Assembly (NCBI GenBank): GCA_965219455.1
Contig: OZ244744.1
Coordinates: 384,001-448,000 of the forward strand
Direction: 5' to 3'
Source: Candidatus Latescibacterota bacterium
Lineage (GTDB): Bacteria; Latescibacterota; UBA2968; GCA-2709665
DNA length: 64,000 bases
Every line of letters begins with the position of its first letter. The stretch's first letter is position 1. Of the stretch, positions 30,683 to 39,556 are shown piece after piece. The notes under the pieces are model-generated. The model had not been told where the DNA came from. It saw only the letters and a list, made by a program, of their open reading frames with translations, and ran no database searches. Both the position numbers and the translations under genes were made by a program.

Positions 30683-32272
30683 TCAGGCTCGGCGAAGCAC
30701 CTGGCCGTACCGCTGTCCCGTGACAGCGCCGTCCCTTACTGTGAAGCCGCCGTTTACCAGCACGTGCCGCATACCCACGGCTGTCCGATTGGGCTCTAAC
30801 GTGGTTCCTCTCTCGGCAAACATACTCGGATCGAAGACGGCCAGGTCCGCCCGCGCACCCTTGCGTATCGCGCCGCGGTCGGTCAGCCCCAACCGCGCGG
30901 CCGGCAGCGACGTCAACCTGCGCACGGCCTCCTGCGGATTGAGCAGCTTCCGTTCGCGGACGAAATGACGGTAAAACCATGATGCCCACGTATAGGCGCC
31001 GTGGAAAGTATTATCCTTCAACGGGCCGTCCGCGGCCAGCGCGGTCGCATCGGATCCGACCATGCAGAACGGGTGTTCAAATGCCGGTCGAACGTCCTCC
31101 TCGCGATAACTGAACGCGATCACCATAATTTCGTGCAGATAGTCGATTCCCGCATACAAAATATCGCAGATGACGTCAATGGCATTGCCGGTTCCGGCGG
31201 CAGTGAGTTCGGCAATACGCTTTCCCGTCAGTTCCGGCTGCGCGGGGGAGTGGAAGATGACGATCCGTCCCCAGTCGCCCTGCGCCAGCGCAGCAACGAT
31301 ACTCTGATAGCTTTCCATCTCGCGGCGGACGGACGGATCCCGCAGCCGCCTCGCGATGTCTTTTGAACGTCCCTCCAGCGCCCATGGCGGCAGAGCGGCG
31401 CTCAAGTTGGTGGTCCCGAAGAGCCGTGTATGCATATCGAACTGCACGTCCAGCCCGCTGCTGCGCGCCCGGTCGACCTGCTCGAGCGCCTGTTCGACCG
31501 CCCACCGGCCGTCTTCCGCGAGCCTGGCAACGGACGAAATATGCGAGATCTGCAGGGGCGCGTCTGCCGTTTCGGCCGTGCGAATCGCCTCCGCGACGGT
31601 CTCCTCCGCCTCTCCCACACGGTTGCGGGTATGGGTCGAGTAGATCCCGCCGTATTCGGCAGCGATCGCGCACAGCTCGGAAATCTGTCTCTCGGGGCAA
31701 TCCCGCTCCGGACCGTATTCAAGGCCCGTGGAATATCCCGCCGCCCCCTCCTCCATCCCCTGCGCCAGCAGGCGCTTCATCGTCCTGTGTTCGTCCGGCG
31801 TGGACGGACGATCCACCGCCTCGCAGACCGCCAGTCTCAGATTTCCGTTGGGCACCAGCGTCATGACATTTACGGCCGGACGCTGCGCCTCCAGGCGATC
31901 CAGGTACTCGCCCATGGTGCGCCAGTCAATCTTATGCTCGGCTCTACATCCGTATATGTTCGCCCTGGCACGCGCAGGGTCGCCAATCGGCGCGCACCCA
32001 TGCCCGCAGTTCCCCACCACCTCGAGCGTTACGCCCTGCAAGACCGAACTCACCGCCCGCGGGTCCACGACCAGGGTGAAATCGGAATGACTGTGAATAT
32101 CGATAAACCCGGGCGCCACGTAGCAGCCGGCCGCATCCACACACGGTACGCCCTCCGGCCGCCGGAACCGGCCGACGTCGACGATCCGGCCGTCGGCCAC
32201 GGCCACGTCGGCCCGGACCGGCGGGCTACCCGTACCGTCAACTACCGTCCCGCCCGAAATCACCATATCCAT
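30683..32272 (-). CDS. N-acyl-D-amino-acid deacylase (amidohydrolase)
   Basis: VVDGTG, APGFIDIHSHSD, GVT..V.GNCG, STGL.Y, GSD, RGAI..G..AD..VFDP and VLVNG motifs. Confidence 0.9.
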   Translation of the reverse strand: MDMVISGGTVVDGTGSPPVRADVAVADGRIVDVGRFRRPEGVPCVDAAGCYVAPGFIDIHSHSDFTLVVDPRAVSSVLQGVTLEVVGNCGHGCAPIGDPARARANIYGCRAEHKIDWRTMGEYLDRLEAQRPAVNVMTLVPNGNLRLAVCEAVDRPSTPDEHRTMKRLLAQGMEEGAAGYSTGLEYGPERDCPERQISELCAIAAEYGGIYSTHTRNRVGEAEETVAEAIRTAETADAPLQISHISSVARLAEDGRWAVEQALEQVDRARSSGLDVQFDMHTRLFGTTNLSAALPPWALEGRSKDIARRLRDPSVRREMESYQSIVAALAQGDWGRIVIFHSPAQPELTGKRIAELTAAGTGNAIDVICDILYAGIDYLHEIMVIAFSYREEDVRPAFEHPFCMVGSDATALAADGPLKDNTFHGAYTWASWFYRHFVRERKLLNPQEAVRRLTSLPAARLGLTDRGAIRKGARADLAVFDPSMFAERGTTLEPNRTAVGMRHVLVNGGFTVRDGAVTGQRYGQVLRRA

Positions 32273-32320
32273 GGTATTTTTTTCGATTCGCGAACCTGAT
32301 GGAACCAACTCGCCCATACT

Positions 32321-32359
32321 AAAAAAACAGTCTCGCAAGGTAACGCCATTACGAGACCG
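32321..32359 (-). terminator. Intrinsic terminator after ankyrin gene 1
   Basis: Minus strand GTCTCGTAA-loop-TTGCGAGAC followed by TGTTTTTTT. Confidence 0.75.
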
Positions 32360-32390
32360 TCCCGACACCTGGCACCAATACTGAAAGCAC

Positions 32391-33113
32391 TTACCTGTTA
32401 CTCCCTTCAAGCAACCGCAGGTCGGCCTTTATTAGAAGATTCACGATATCCAAATGCCCATTCTCGTAAGCCAAATCCTGTGCGGTTTTTCTGTCCGGCG
32501 AATCGTGAACCTGTTGGGGATACGTACGATTAAGATATCCGATCCTCTTAGGCGTGCGGCTGTTTGCGTCGACACCGGCGTGTCCACGTCGATCATAAAG
32601 GCGACTTCGAGTAGAGCCACTTTTTTTACGCACGTCCGCGCCTGCCTGGATCAGCGCTTTGACGATCTCCACGTGCCCCCTCTCAGCGGCGAACATCAGC
32701 GCCGTTTTCCCGTCTCTCAGCGCAAGGTTGGCGTGGTAACGGGAACGATGCGCCATGAACAGGGACTGAGGTCCGGAACTGTCGACATTTACGAACCGCT
32801 CTCGGGTAAGCTCTGGAGCCAGATGGCGGTAGATGCGCGTACGCGAATTTGCGCCTATAGTCCAAGCCCTGACATCCAGTTCCGCACCGGCCTGAATCAA
32901 CGCCCGGACTACGTCCAGGTGCCCTTCCCTGGCCGCCAGCGTCAGCGGGCTTTGCCCCTGAACCGTCCTGGCATTCACGTCGTGTCCATCGTGCAACGCC
33001 CGCTGCACGGCTTGCAGGTCTCCGAGCTCTGACAATTCCATCAACGAGGCGCCGCAACCCCCCACACCCATCACGATCAACAGAAATGCAAATGGCTTGA
33101 TCGTTCGAGACAT
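32391..33113 (-). CDS. Ankyrin-repeat lipoprotein
   Basis: GGAGG RBS; lipobox VGGC; GQSPLTLAAREGHLDVV and GKTALMFAAERGH ankyrin repeats. Confidence 0.85.
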   Translation of the reverse strand: MSRTIKPFAFLLIVMGVGGCGASLMELSELGDLQAVQRALHDGHDVNARTVQGQSPLTLAAREGHLDVVRALIQAGAELDVRAWTIGANSRTRIYRHLAPELTRERFVNVDSSGPQSLFMAHRSRYHANLALRDGKTALMFAAERGHVEIVKALIQAGADVRKKSGSTRSRLYDRRGHAGVDANSRTPKRIGYLNRTYPQQVHDSPDRKTAQDLAYENGHLDIVNLLIKADLRLLEGSNR

Positions 33114-33163
33114 TGGCCGCCTCCGCTGTGAGTCGATCATCGATCCTGCTCGTTCCAATCGAA

Positions 33164-33192
33164 AATATATCCACCTTCGCCTTTTAGGTCAA
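33164..33192 (-). promoter_or_regulatory. Putative sigma70 promoter for ankyrin gene 1
   Basis: TTGACC-17 nt-TATATT on the minus strand. Confidence 0.55.
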
Positions 33193-33244
33193 ATCGTATC
33201 TCGACCCCCAATACCATAGCCGGAATTCTCCGCGACTAATTCGC

Positions 33245-33928
33245 TCATGGCCCTTCGACATCGACCCCGTTTTTAAGTAGCCTCAAGACTTCCTTCTCCA
33301 CTTCATCGTAGTCTATCTTTCCCGACCACTGCGCCACGATCCGACTCTCTCTATCGAGAAGATACATGGCCGGAATCGCTTTCACCTTGAACTGATACCA
33401 CGCGGGGGTCTGTTTCTCTTCGACAAAGATGGGATAGGAAATATCCAATTTGCCCACCATCTTCCTGATCTTCTCAACGCGGTCTTTGTCTTCATCAATA
33501 GACACACCCCAGACGTCAAAACCCTTGCCGGAATACGCGCTGTAGAGTTTCTGCAACCGGGGCATCGTCTCAAGACAGGGTTTGCACCACGTGGCCCAGA
33601 AATCCACGAGCACGACTTTGCCCTTCAAATTCCTCAACGACTTGTCCCCGCCCTCCAGTGTTTCAATGACGAAGGCAGGTGCAGGCCGCGGGAATACCGG
33701 TGGCAAATAAGCCACGGGATCTGCGTCGAATTCCTTTTCGCAGTTTTCAGAACAGAAATAGTACGCCTTGCCTTCATATTCAGAATGGGCTTTGACCTTT
33801 TCCAACTCCGTCTCGCCGCCCTTCAATGCACAGACAGGGCAGAGCGCCGTTTCGGGAATCCGCGTTTCAGCGAGAAGCGCTGGCGGACCTGACAAAACAA
33901 TCAGAATTAACAGAACGCTAAAACGCAT
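33245..33928 (-). CDS. Exported YHS/TRASH-domain + TlpA redoxin fusion
   Basis: Signal peptide; CPVC...YEGKAYYFCSENC...F..DP (YHS/TRASH); GKVVLVDFWATWCKPC (TlpA); GGAGG RBS. Confidence 0.88.
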   Translation of the reverse strand: MRFSVLLILIVLSGPPALLAETRIPETALCPVCALKGGETELEKVKAHSEYEGKAYYFCSENCEKEFDADPVAYLPPVFPRPAPAFVIETLEGGDKSLRNLKGKVVLVDFWATWCKPCLETMPRLQKLYSAYSGKGFDVWGVSIDEDKDRVEKIRKMVGKLDISYPIFVEEKQTPAWYQFKVKAIPAMYLLDRESRIVAQWSGKIDYDEVEKEVLRLLKNGVDVEGP

Positions 33929-33939
33929 TGATCCTCCAT

Positions 33940-34602
33940 CTAAAACCCGAGTGAAAGCGACAAACCCATGGTTTCAAGCCACACATAAATCACACTCACT
34001 CCGTATTGAGCGGCGAAATAATTCAGCATCAGGTGCCCCCGGTCGCCGTCGTACATCGGTCGAAATGAAAAGCCTTTGCCCAATTCGACCCCCACGCCAA
34101 AGGGAACATTGAGCTTCTCATCCCATTCCGAATAATTCAAACTGCCATAAAAAGACGTGCGCAGCCGGGGTATATATTTGCTTATCGTCGCAAAGTAAGA
34201 TTGTTCGCCCGCCGGCGAACCGATTCGATCCGAACTCGTGCCCAAGAAGAGCGCAGGCCGCGTCTCGGTCTCGGTTAACAGGAACAGAGTCACAAGAGGT
34301 CCCGCCTCTTTGGCTTTCGGGTTCAGCTCAACCCCGACCTGCAGGCGATGATGCAAACTGTAATTGGCGGTGAACCGCCACTGCGGGCGGTCCATTGAGG
34401 TATCTACGTACCGCCCCGAAAATGTAATCTTCGTATGGATGCCACTCCCCCGGAGTGGTGCGCCTTCGCCCGGTCAGCCTACTCACGTAGGTGTCATCGA
34501 AAATGTCGGCCGTTCACTCCGCGTGGAATCCGCGTCCGATTCCTGTGCAAAAACGGGGGAGGTACCGAGGTATAGGATCAAGAAAAAAAGGACGAATTTC
34601 AT
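33940..34602 (-). CDS. Putative UxxU selenoprotein outer-membrane beta-barrel (in-frame TGA at codons 40 and 43)
   Basis: GGAG RBS before ATG 34602. Signal peptide MKFVLFFLILYLGTSPVFA, then ...MTPT-TGA-V-G-TGA-PGEGAP... in frame with the 151-aa ORF, which ends in an amphipathic strand with terminal Phe (GLSLSLGF). Confidence 0.72.
34442..34458 (-). promoter_or_regulatory. SECIS-like hairpin
   Basis: CCACTCC-GGG-GGAGTGG; the loop begins 22 nt after the second TGA. Confidence 0.55.
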
Positions 34603-34727
34603 CAATGTGCTCCGTTGACCGAGCCAAAATAATTCACGAAATGCCGTTTTCTTACTCAAGTCATTGTATTATGGTTAGACCAACAAACCTGCAATAACGA
34701 ACTTCAGGGACACAACTCGCGCATACC

Positions 34728-34770
34728 ACAAAATTCGGTCTCGCAAGATAACGCTTTTACGAGACCGAAT
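34728..34770 (-). terminator. Intrinsic terminator after ankyrin gene 2 (homologous to 32321-32359)
   Basis: Minus strand ATTCGGTCTCGTAA-loop-TTGCGAGACCGAAT followed by TTTGT. Confidence 0.7.
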
Positions 34771-34798
34771 CTCCAACGGAGAAGACCGCTCCAGGGTC

Positions 34799-35596
34799 CT
34801 ATCTTGAACTCGATGGAGTCATCCCGGCGCCCGTTTCCAGGAGTAAATCGATGATCTCTTTATGTCCGTTCTGGTAAGCGAAGTCCAGTGCCGTGCTTCC
34901 GCCGATCGACCAGGAAGGACGGCCGGGGTATGAATGGACAATATCGTAATAGAGATGGCGGCCATGCTCAGGCCCGTAGTAACTGCCGCCATGTTTATCC
35001 TCTTCGTGTCCGATGTCTTCCGGTTGCGCGCCGGTGTAACCAGCGATATACCCGTCATAATCCTTATACGAAGGCATTCCGGAGGTCACGATTTCACCGC
35101 CGCTTGTCGCGAACAGGTCGGCGCCGCCTTCGACAAGCGCCTCGACAACATCCAGGTGACCGCCCTCGGCAGCAAGCATCAACGCTGTTTTACCGTCTCT
35201 CAGTACCCAACTCGCCGAGCCGCGTGTACGCTGCGCCATAAACCTGGACTGGGGCCCGGAACTGTCGGGGTTGACATACCGTTCCCTGATGAACGCGTAG
35301 CCGCCATGTCGATCCTGGCTTTCGACAGTATGGGCGCCTACGGTCCATGCCACGGCGTCGAGGTCCGCGCCGGCCTGGATCAGGGCCAGAACGACCTCCA
35401 GGTGACCCGCCCTGGCTGCCAGCGTCAACGGGCTGTGCCCCTGAGGCGTCCTGGCATTCACGTCGCGCCCGCGATCGAGGGCCCGCTGGACGCCCGTAAT
35501 GTCTCCACGCTGTGACAATTCTGTCAGCGAAGCGCTGCATCCGGCCGCGCCCACCAGTAAAAGAATCAGCGTTAATCTATTGATTTTAAAGGACAT
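34799..35596 (-). CDS. Ankyrin-repeat lipoprotein (paralog of 32391-33113)
   Basis: Lipobox AAGC; GHSPLTLAARAGHLEVV, GKTALMLAAEGGH and TALDFAYQNGH repeats. Confidence 0.85.
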   Translation of the reverse strand: MSFKINRLTLILLLVGAAGCSASLTELSQRGDITGVQRALDRGRDVNARTPQGHSPLTLAARAGHLEVVLALIQAGADLDAVAWTVGAHTVESQDRHGGYAFIRERYVNPDSSGPQSRFMAQRTRGSASWVLRDGKTALMLAAEGGHLDVVEALVEGGADLFATSGGEIVTSGMPSYKDYDGYIAGYTGAQPEDIGHEEDKHGGSYYGPEHGRHLYYDIVHSYPGRPSWSIGGSTALDFAYQNGHKEIIDLLLETGAGMTPSSSR

Positions 35597-35669
35597 AGGT
35601 ACCTATAAAATGCATCCTGCTGAACGTACTCGAAGGCCCATGCAAATATACAGCCTTTCCAGCGCCGAG

Positions 35670-37427
35670 TCAACCTGCTTTGCCACTGCACAGGACGGCT
35701 CCGTGTTCCACCATCCGTTGCCGCGTGTCCGCGGTTTCCGTCTCGCACACCGCGAGGTTCGTGGGGTCCAACACCACGCCGTACTCCTCCCGCGCCTGTT
35801 TCACGGATACTTTCCCGTTCTTTACGTCCCGCGCGACGGCCTCGGGGTCCCGTTCCATCGGGTCGCCCCATCCGCCTCCACCCGCCTGGCGGTGGTAGAT
35901 TCGCTCACCGGCCGACATCGTCGTTGATATCATGGTCGGCAACACCTTGCTGCCATCTTTATGATACAGCACATTGTTCGATCCCGTCGCCGGCCGGCCC
36001 CCGTACAATCCATACGGCAGGTGGTCCCTTCGGTCGGACCGAATCGCCAGGTGCGCCTCCCCGGCGAGCAGCGTCCACTCCCGCTCGATCGCCAGCCCGC
36101 CACGATATCGTCCGGCGCCCGCGCTGTCGCAAACCAGTCCGTACCGGTCGATCCTGACCGGATATTCGCACTCCGCCTGTTCAATGGGAATATTGCTGGC
36201 CACGTTCGCCGGATTGCACAGCCCGTCGTTTCCGTCCCGGTCCGGCCGCGCGCCCCAGGTTCCGGAGAGCAACTCATAGTAGACATAGGGCGACCGGTCC
36301 TGACGTTGGCCGCCGATGATCACCAGCGTATTGCCGCCCTCGCCCGCCGCCAACACCCGGTCGGGGAGCAGCCCGGCCAGCGCCCCGAATACCACGTCGG
36401 TCATCCGAAACCCCGTCACGCCGCGCATCGAGGACGCGCCGGGCATCCGCACATTCACGAGCGTGCCCTCTGGCGCGATGATCTCCAGCGGCCGGAACAT
36501 GCCTTCCGTGTTCGGAATCTCCTCCCGCATCACGGCGCGCACGCACAGGGCCACCACCGCTGCCGTAAACGAGAGCGTGCTGTTGACCGCCCCCGAGACC
36601 TGGGGGTCCGTCCCCGTGAAATCGGCAGTGAGCGAATCTCCCCGCACGGTCACGGTCACCCGGATTTGCACCCGGGGGCCGCCCACGCCATCGCTGTCCA
36701 GATAATCGGTAAAGGTATGGGATCCATCGGGCCAGGACGCGATCTCCGACCGTACCAGCCTTTCCGTATAGTCGATCAGATCCCGGGCGCACGCCAGGAA
36801 CATGTCGCGTCCGTACCGCTCAATCAGCGAATGCACCGCCCGCTCCCCGATGTGGCAGGCCGCCAACTGCGCCCGGATATCCCCGATCGTCATCTGCGGT
36901 ACCCGCACATTCGCCCGGATCAGGGAAAATATGGACTCGTCCGGCTCGCCCCGGCGATAGAGCTTCAACCACGGAATGCGAATGCCTTCCTGAAAGATCT
37001 CCGTGTTGTCGCACGCGGAACTGCCGGGCAGGCGTCCGCCCAGGTCAAGATGATGCGCCGTACTCACCGCAAAGGCCACCCGTTCGCTTTCCCAGAAAAT
37101 CGGCTGCACAATAAAGATGTCCGGAATGTGCATCCCGCCGTCGAAAGGATCGTTCAGAATGAACACGTCGCCAGGGTCGATGTCATCGCCGAAGCGTTCA
37201 AACAGTGCGGCCATCGCGTACGGTACCGACCCCAGATGCAGTGGGATCGTCACGCCCTGCGCGATCATCTGGCCGTTTCCGTTGCACAACGAGGTAGAAT
37301 AATCCAGGCAATCGCGCACAATGGTGGAAAAGGCCGTGCGATACAGCGCGGCGCTCATTTCATCGGCGGCCGCTGCAAGCGCATTCTGCATGATCTCACG
37401 GGTAATGGGGTCAATTTCCGTCATCAA
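35670..37427 (-). CDS. Hydantoinase B/oxoprolinase family protein
   Basis: DPITREI, RTAFSTIVR..LDYS, NDPFDGGMHIPD, HHLDLGG, EIFQEG and GGGGWGDP motifs. Confidence 0.92.
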   Translation of the reverse strand: MMTEIDPITREIMQNALAAAADEMSAALYRTAFSTIVRDCLDYSTSLCNGNGQMIAQGVTIPLHLGSVPYAMAALFERFGDDIDPGDVFILNDPFDGGMHIPDIFIVQPIFWESERVAFAVSTAHHLDLGGRLPGSSACDNTEIFQEGIRIPWLKLYRRGEPDESIFSLIRANVRVPQMTIGDIRAQLAACHIGERAVHSLIERYGRDMFLACARDLIDYTERLVRSEIASWPDGSHTFTDYLDSDGVGGPRVQIRVTVTVRGDSLTADFTGTDPQVSGAVNSTLSFTAAVVALCVRAVMREEIPNTEGMFRPLEIIAPEGTLVNVRMPGASSMRGVTGFRMTDVVFGALAGLLPDRVLAAGEGGNTLVIIGGQRQDRSPYVYYELLSGTWGARPDRDGNDGLCNPANVASNIPIEQAECEYPVRIDRYGLVCDSAGAGRYRGGLAIEREWTLLAGEAHLAIRSDRRDHLPYGLYGGRPATGSNNVLYHKDGSKVLPTMISTTMSAGERIYHRQAGGGGWGDPMERDPEAVARDVKNGKVSVKQAREEYGVVLDPTNLAVCETETADTRQRMVEHGAVLCSGKAG

Positions 37428-37462
37428 TTAACACTTCTCCCTAGTCCTGCCGCGGGCCATTT

Positions 37463-39556
37463 CTACGCCCCGGCCCCTTCCAGGACCACAAAGTCCTGCC
37501 TGTCACGATACACGCGCATGTCCGGAGGGACCACAATCGTGGAATCGTATTCATCGATCAGCAGGGGTCCATCGCGAGGCTCCGTCAACGCCGTGCGGTC
37601 GATTACGGGGGTTTCCACCCTTCCCCAGGCCTTCCCGAAATACGCCGGACGTGCGGACATCTTCCGCCCGCCCCGCCGCGCGGACCGTATTCGTCCGCTC
37701 CTTTCGGGTTGGGCGGTTCTGCCGATCAGGCGAACGGCAACCACCTCAACCGGATTATCGGGGTCTGACGAATGCCCGTATTGCTGCCGGTGTGCGCGTT
37801 CAAACGCTTTACAGAGGCTTTCTACCGTGGCATCCGTCCCCGGCGACTCCGGCACCGGAATCCGGATTTCCGATGCCTGGCCTCTGAAGCGCACGTCGAC
37901 ACTGTCGTTCAAATCCACCTGTTCGGCGGAATAACCCTCGGCCTGGAACCGGGCCACCATCTTTGTCTTCAGATCCTTCTGAATGGCACCCAGCGTTTCG
38001 TCACTCAAACCGTCCCCTGAGAGCAGGCAACTGAACACATCGTGATGCTCCACGCCCGAGTACAGAAGCCCCAACGCACTGAACAACCCCGGCAACGGAG
38101 GCACAATGACTTTCGGACTGCGCAGTTCTGCGGCCAGCCCGGCGGCATGAATCGGTCCGGAACCGCCGAACGCGATCAGGGAGAACGCCCTCGGATCCCG
38201 CCCCCGCTCCGTGGACACGGCCCGAAGCGCCCGCATCGACCGGGCATTGGCAATCCGGTGTATGCCCTCCGCGGCCTCGAGCAGATCCAGACCCAGCGGG
38301 GCTGCGATCCGATCCTGGACGACCCTTCGCGCGGCCTCGACGTCTACGGAGACCTCGCCGTCGGCCAGTTCACCCGGCCGGATGTATCCGAGTACCACGT
38401 TGGCGTCCGTTACCGTGGGTTCCTCTCCTCCACGGCCGTAACAGGCGGGACCCGGCACGGCGCCGGCGCTTCTGGGACCGACCCGCAACCCGCCGGCCCG
38501 ATCCAGATACGCCACGCTTCCTCCGCCCGATCCCACCTCGGCGATATCGATGCTCGGCGCACGGATCAACTCGCCGCCCCCGCCCACCAGCCTGTTTCCG
38601 GCCGACACGGATGCGCCGACCTCGTATTCCGTGCTGTAGGAAATCTCCCCATCTTCGACGATGGACGCTTTCGCTGTGGTGCCTCCCATATCGAACGTGA
38701 TGAGATCGGCGATGCCCAGCCGGGTTCCGGCGAAACGGGCCGCAAATACACCCGCCGCGGGGCCGGACTCGAGTACATAGACCGGTCGCCGCGCCGCATC
38801 CCCCTCCGGCGTCAACCCCCCGGCGGACTGCATGATCAACAACGGCGCCAGAACGCCTTCTTTTCTCATGCCATCCCGCATCGCCCTGAGATAACGCTGC
38901 ATGACCGGACGCACGTACGCATTCAGCACCGTGGTTGCCGTACGTTCGTACTCGCGCCGTTCCGGCAGAATCTCCGACGAGAGAGACACCGGTACGTCCG
39001 GAAACGCGCTTTTGAGAAACTCACCGATAGCATGTTCGTGCGAGGGATATGCGTAGGAGTGAAGCGTGCATACCGCAATCGACTCCACCTGCTCATGTTC
39101 CAACGCCGCTTTGACCGCTCCGAGTTCCGCTTTGTGCAGGGGCACAAGCACTTCGCCGCCGGCGGCAATGCGTTCCGTCACCTCAAACCTCAGGTGCCGG
39201 TCTACCAGCGGTTCGGGTTTGTCAAAGAACAGATCGTACATCTGAGGCGCCCTGATACGCCGCAATTCCAGGACGTCGCGAAATCCGCGCGTGGTAATCA
39301 GCGCCGTCCTGGCGCCCCGACGCTCCAGGACGGCGTTGGTCGCCACGGTGGTCCCATGCGAGACGTCCCCAATCGAACCGCCCGGTACGGAGGACTCCAG
39401 CAGCAGGCGCCCGACGGCGTCCAGAACGGCCCGCTCAAAATCCGGCGGCGTAGAGGGTATTTTATGCGTCCATATATTCCCCTCAATGTCCATGAGGATC
39501 ACATCTGTGAACGTCCCGCCGACGTCGGCGCCGATTCTATACGATGGCTCATTCAT
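37463..39556 (-). CDS. Hydantoinase A/oxoprolinase family protein
   Basis: IGADVGGTFTD, HGTTVATN, ESGPAAG, DMGGTT and FGGSGPIHA motifs. Confidence 0.93.
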   Translation of the reverse strand: MNEPSYRIGADVGGTFTDVILMDIEGNIWTHKIPSTPPDFERAVLDAVGRLLLESSVPGGSIGDVSHGTTVATNAVLERRGARTALITTRGFRDVLELRRIRAPQMYDLFFDKPEPLVDRHLRFEVTERIAAGGEVLVPLHKAELGAVKAALEHEQVESIAVCTLHSYAYPSHEHAIGEFLKSAFPDVPVSLSSEILPERREYERTATTVLNAYVRPVMQRYLRAMRDGMRKEGVLAPLLIMQSAGGLTPEGDAARRPVYVLESGPAAGVFAARFAGTRLGIADLITFDMGGTTAKASIVEDGEISYSTEYEVGASVSAGNRLVGGGGELIRAPSIDIAEVGSGGGSVAYLDRAGGLRVGPRSAGAVPGPACYGRGGEEPTVTDANVVLGYIRPGELADGEVSVDVEAARRVVQDRIAAPLGLDLLEAAEGIHRIANARSMRALRAVSTERGRDPRAFSLIAFGGSGPIHAAGLAAELRSPKVIVPPLPGLFSALGLLYSGVEHHDVFSCLLSGDGLSDETLGAIQKDLKTKMVARFQAEGYSAEQVDLNDSVDVRFRGQASEIRIPVPESPGTDATVESLCKAFERAHRQQYGHSSDPDNPVEVVAVRLIGRTAQPERSGRIRSARRGGRKMSARPAYFGKAWGRVETPVIDRTALTEPRDGPLLIDEYDSTIVVPPDMRVYRDRQDFVVLEGAGA

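Noticed and set aside
32330-34770. Repeated hairpins as attC sites or IS ends
   Set aside because: No integrase or transposase and no GTTRRRY cores; the U-tracts and position after stop codons fit terminators.
35961-37934. 657-aa plus-strand ORF and similar long antisense ORFs (38042-39604, 50333-51718, 3153-4310, 8168-9337)
   Set aside because: These are shadows opposite well-supported genes, expected from GC-rich codon bias, with no recognisable motifs.
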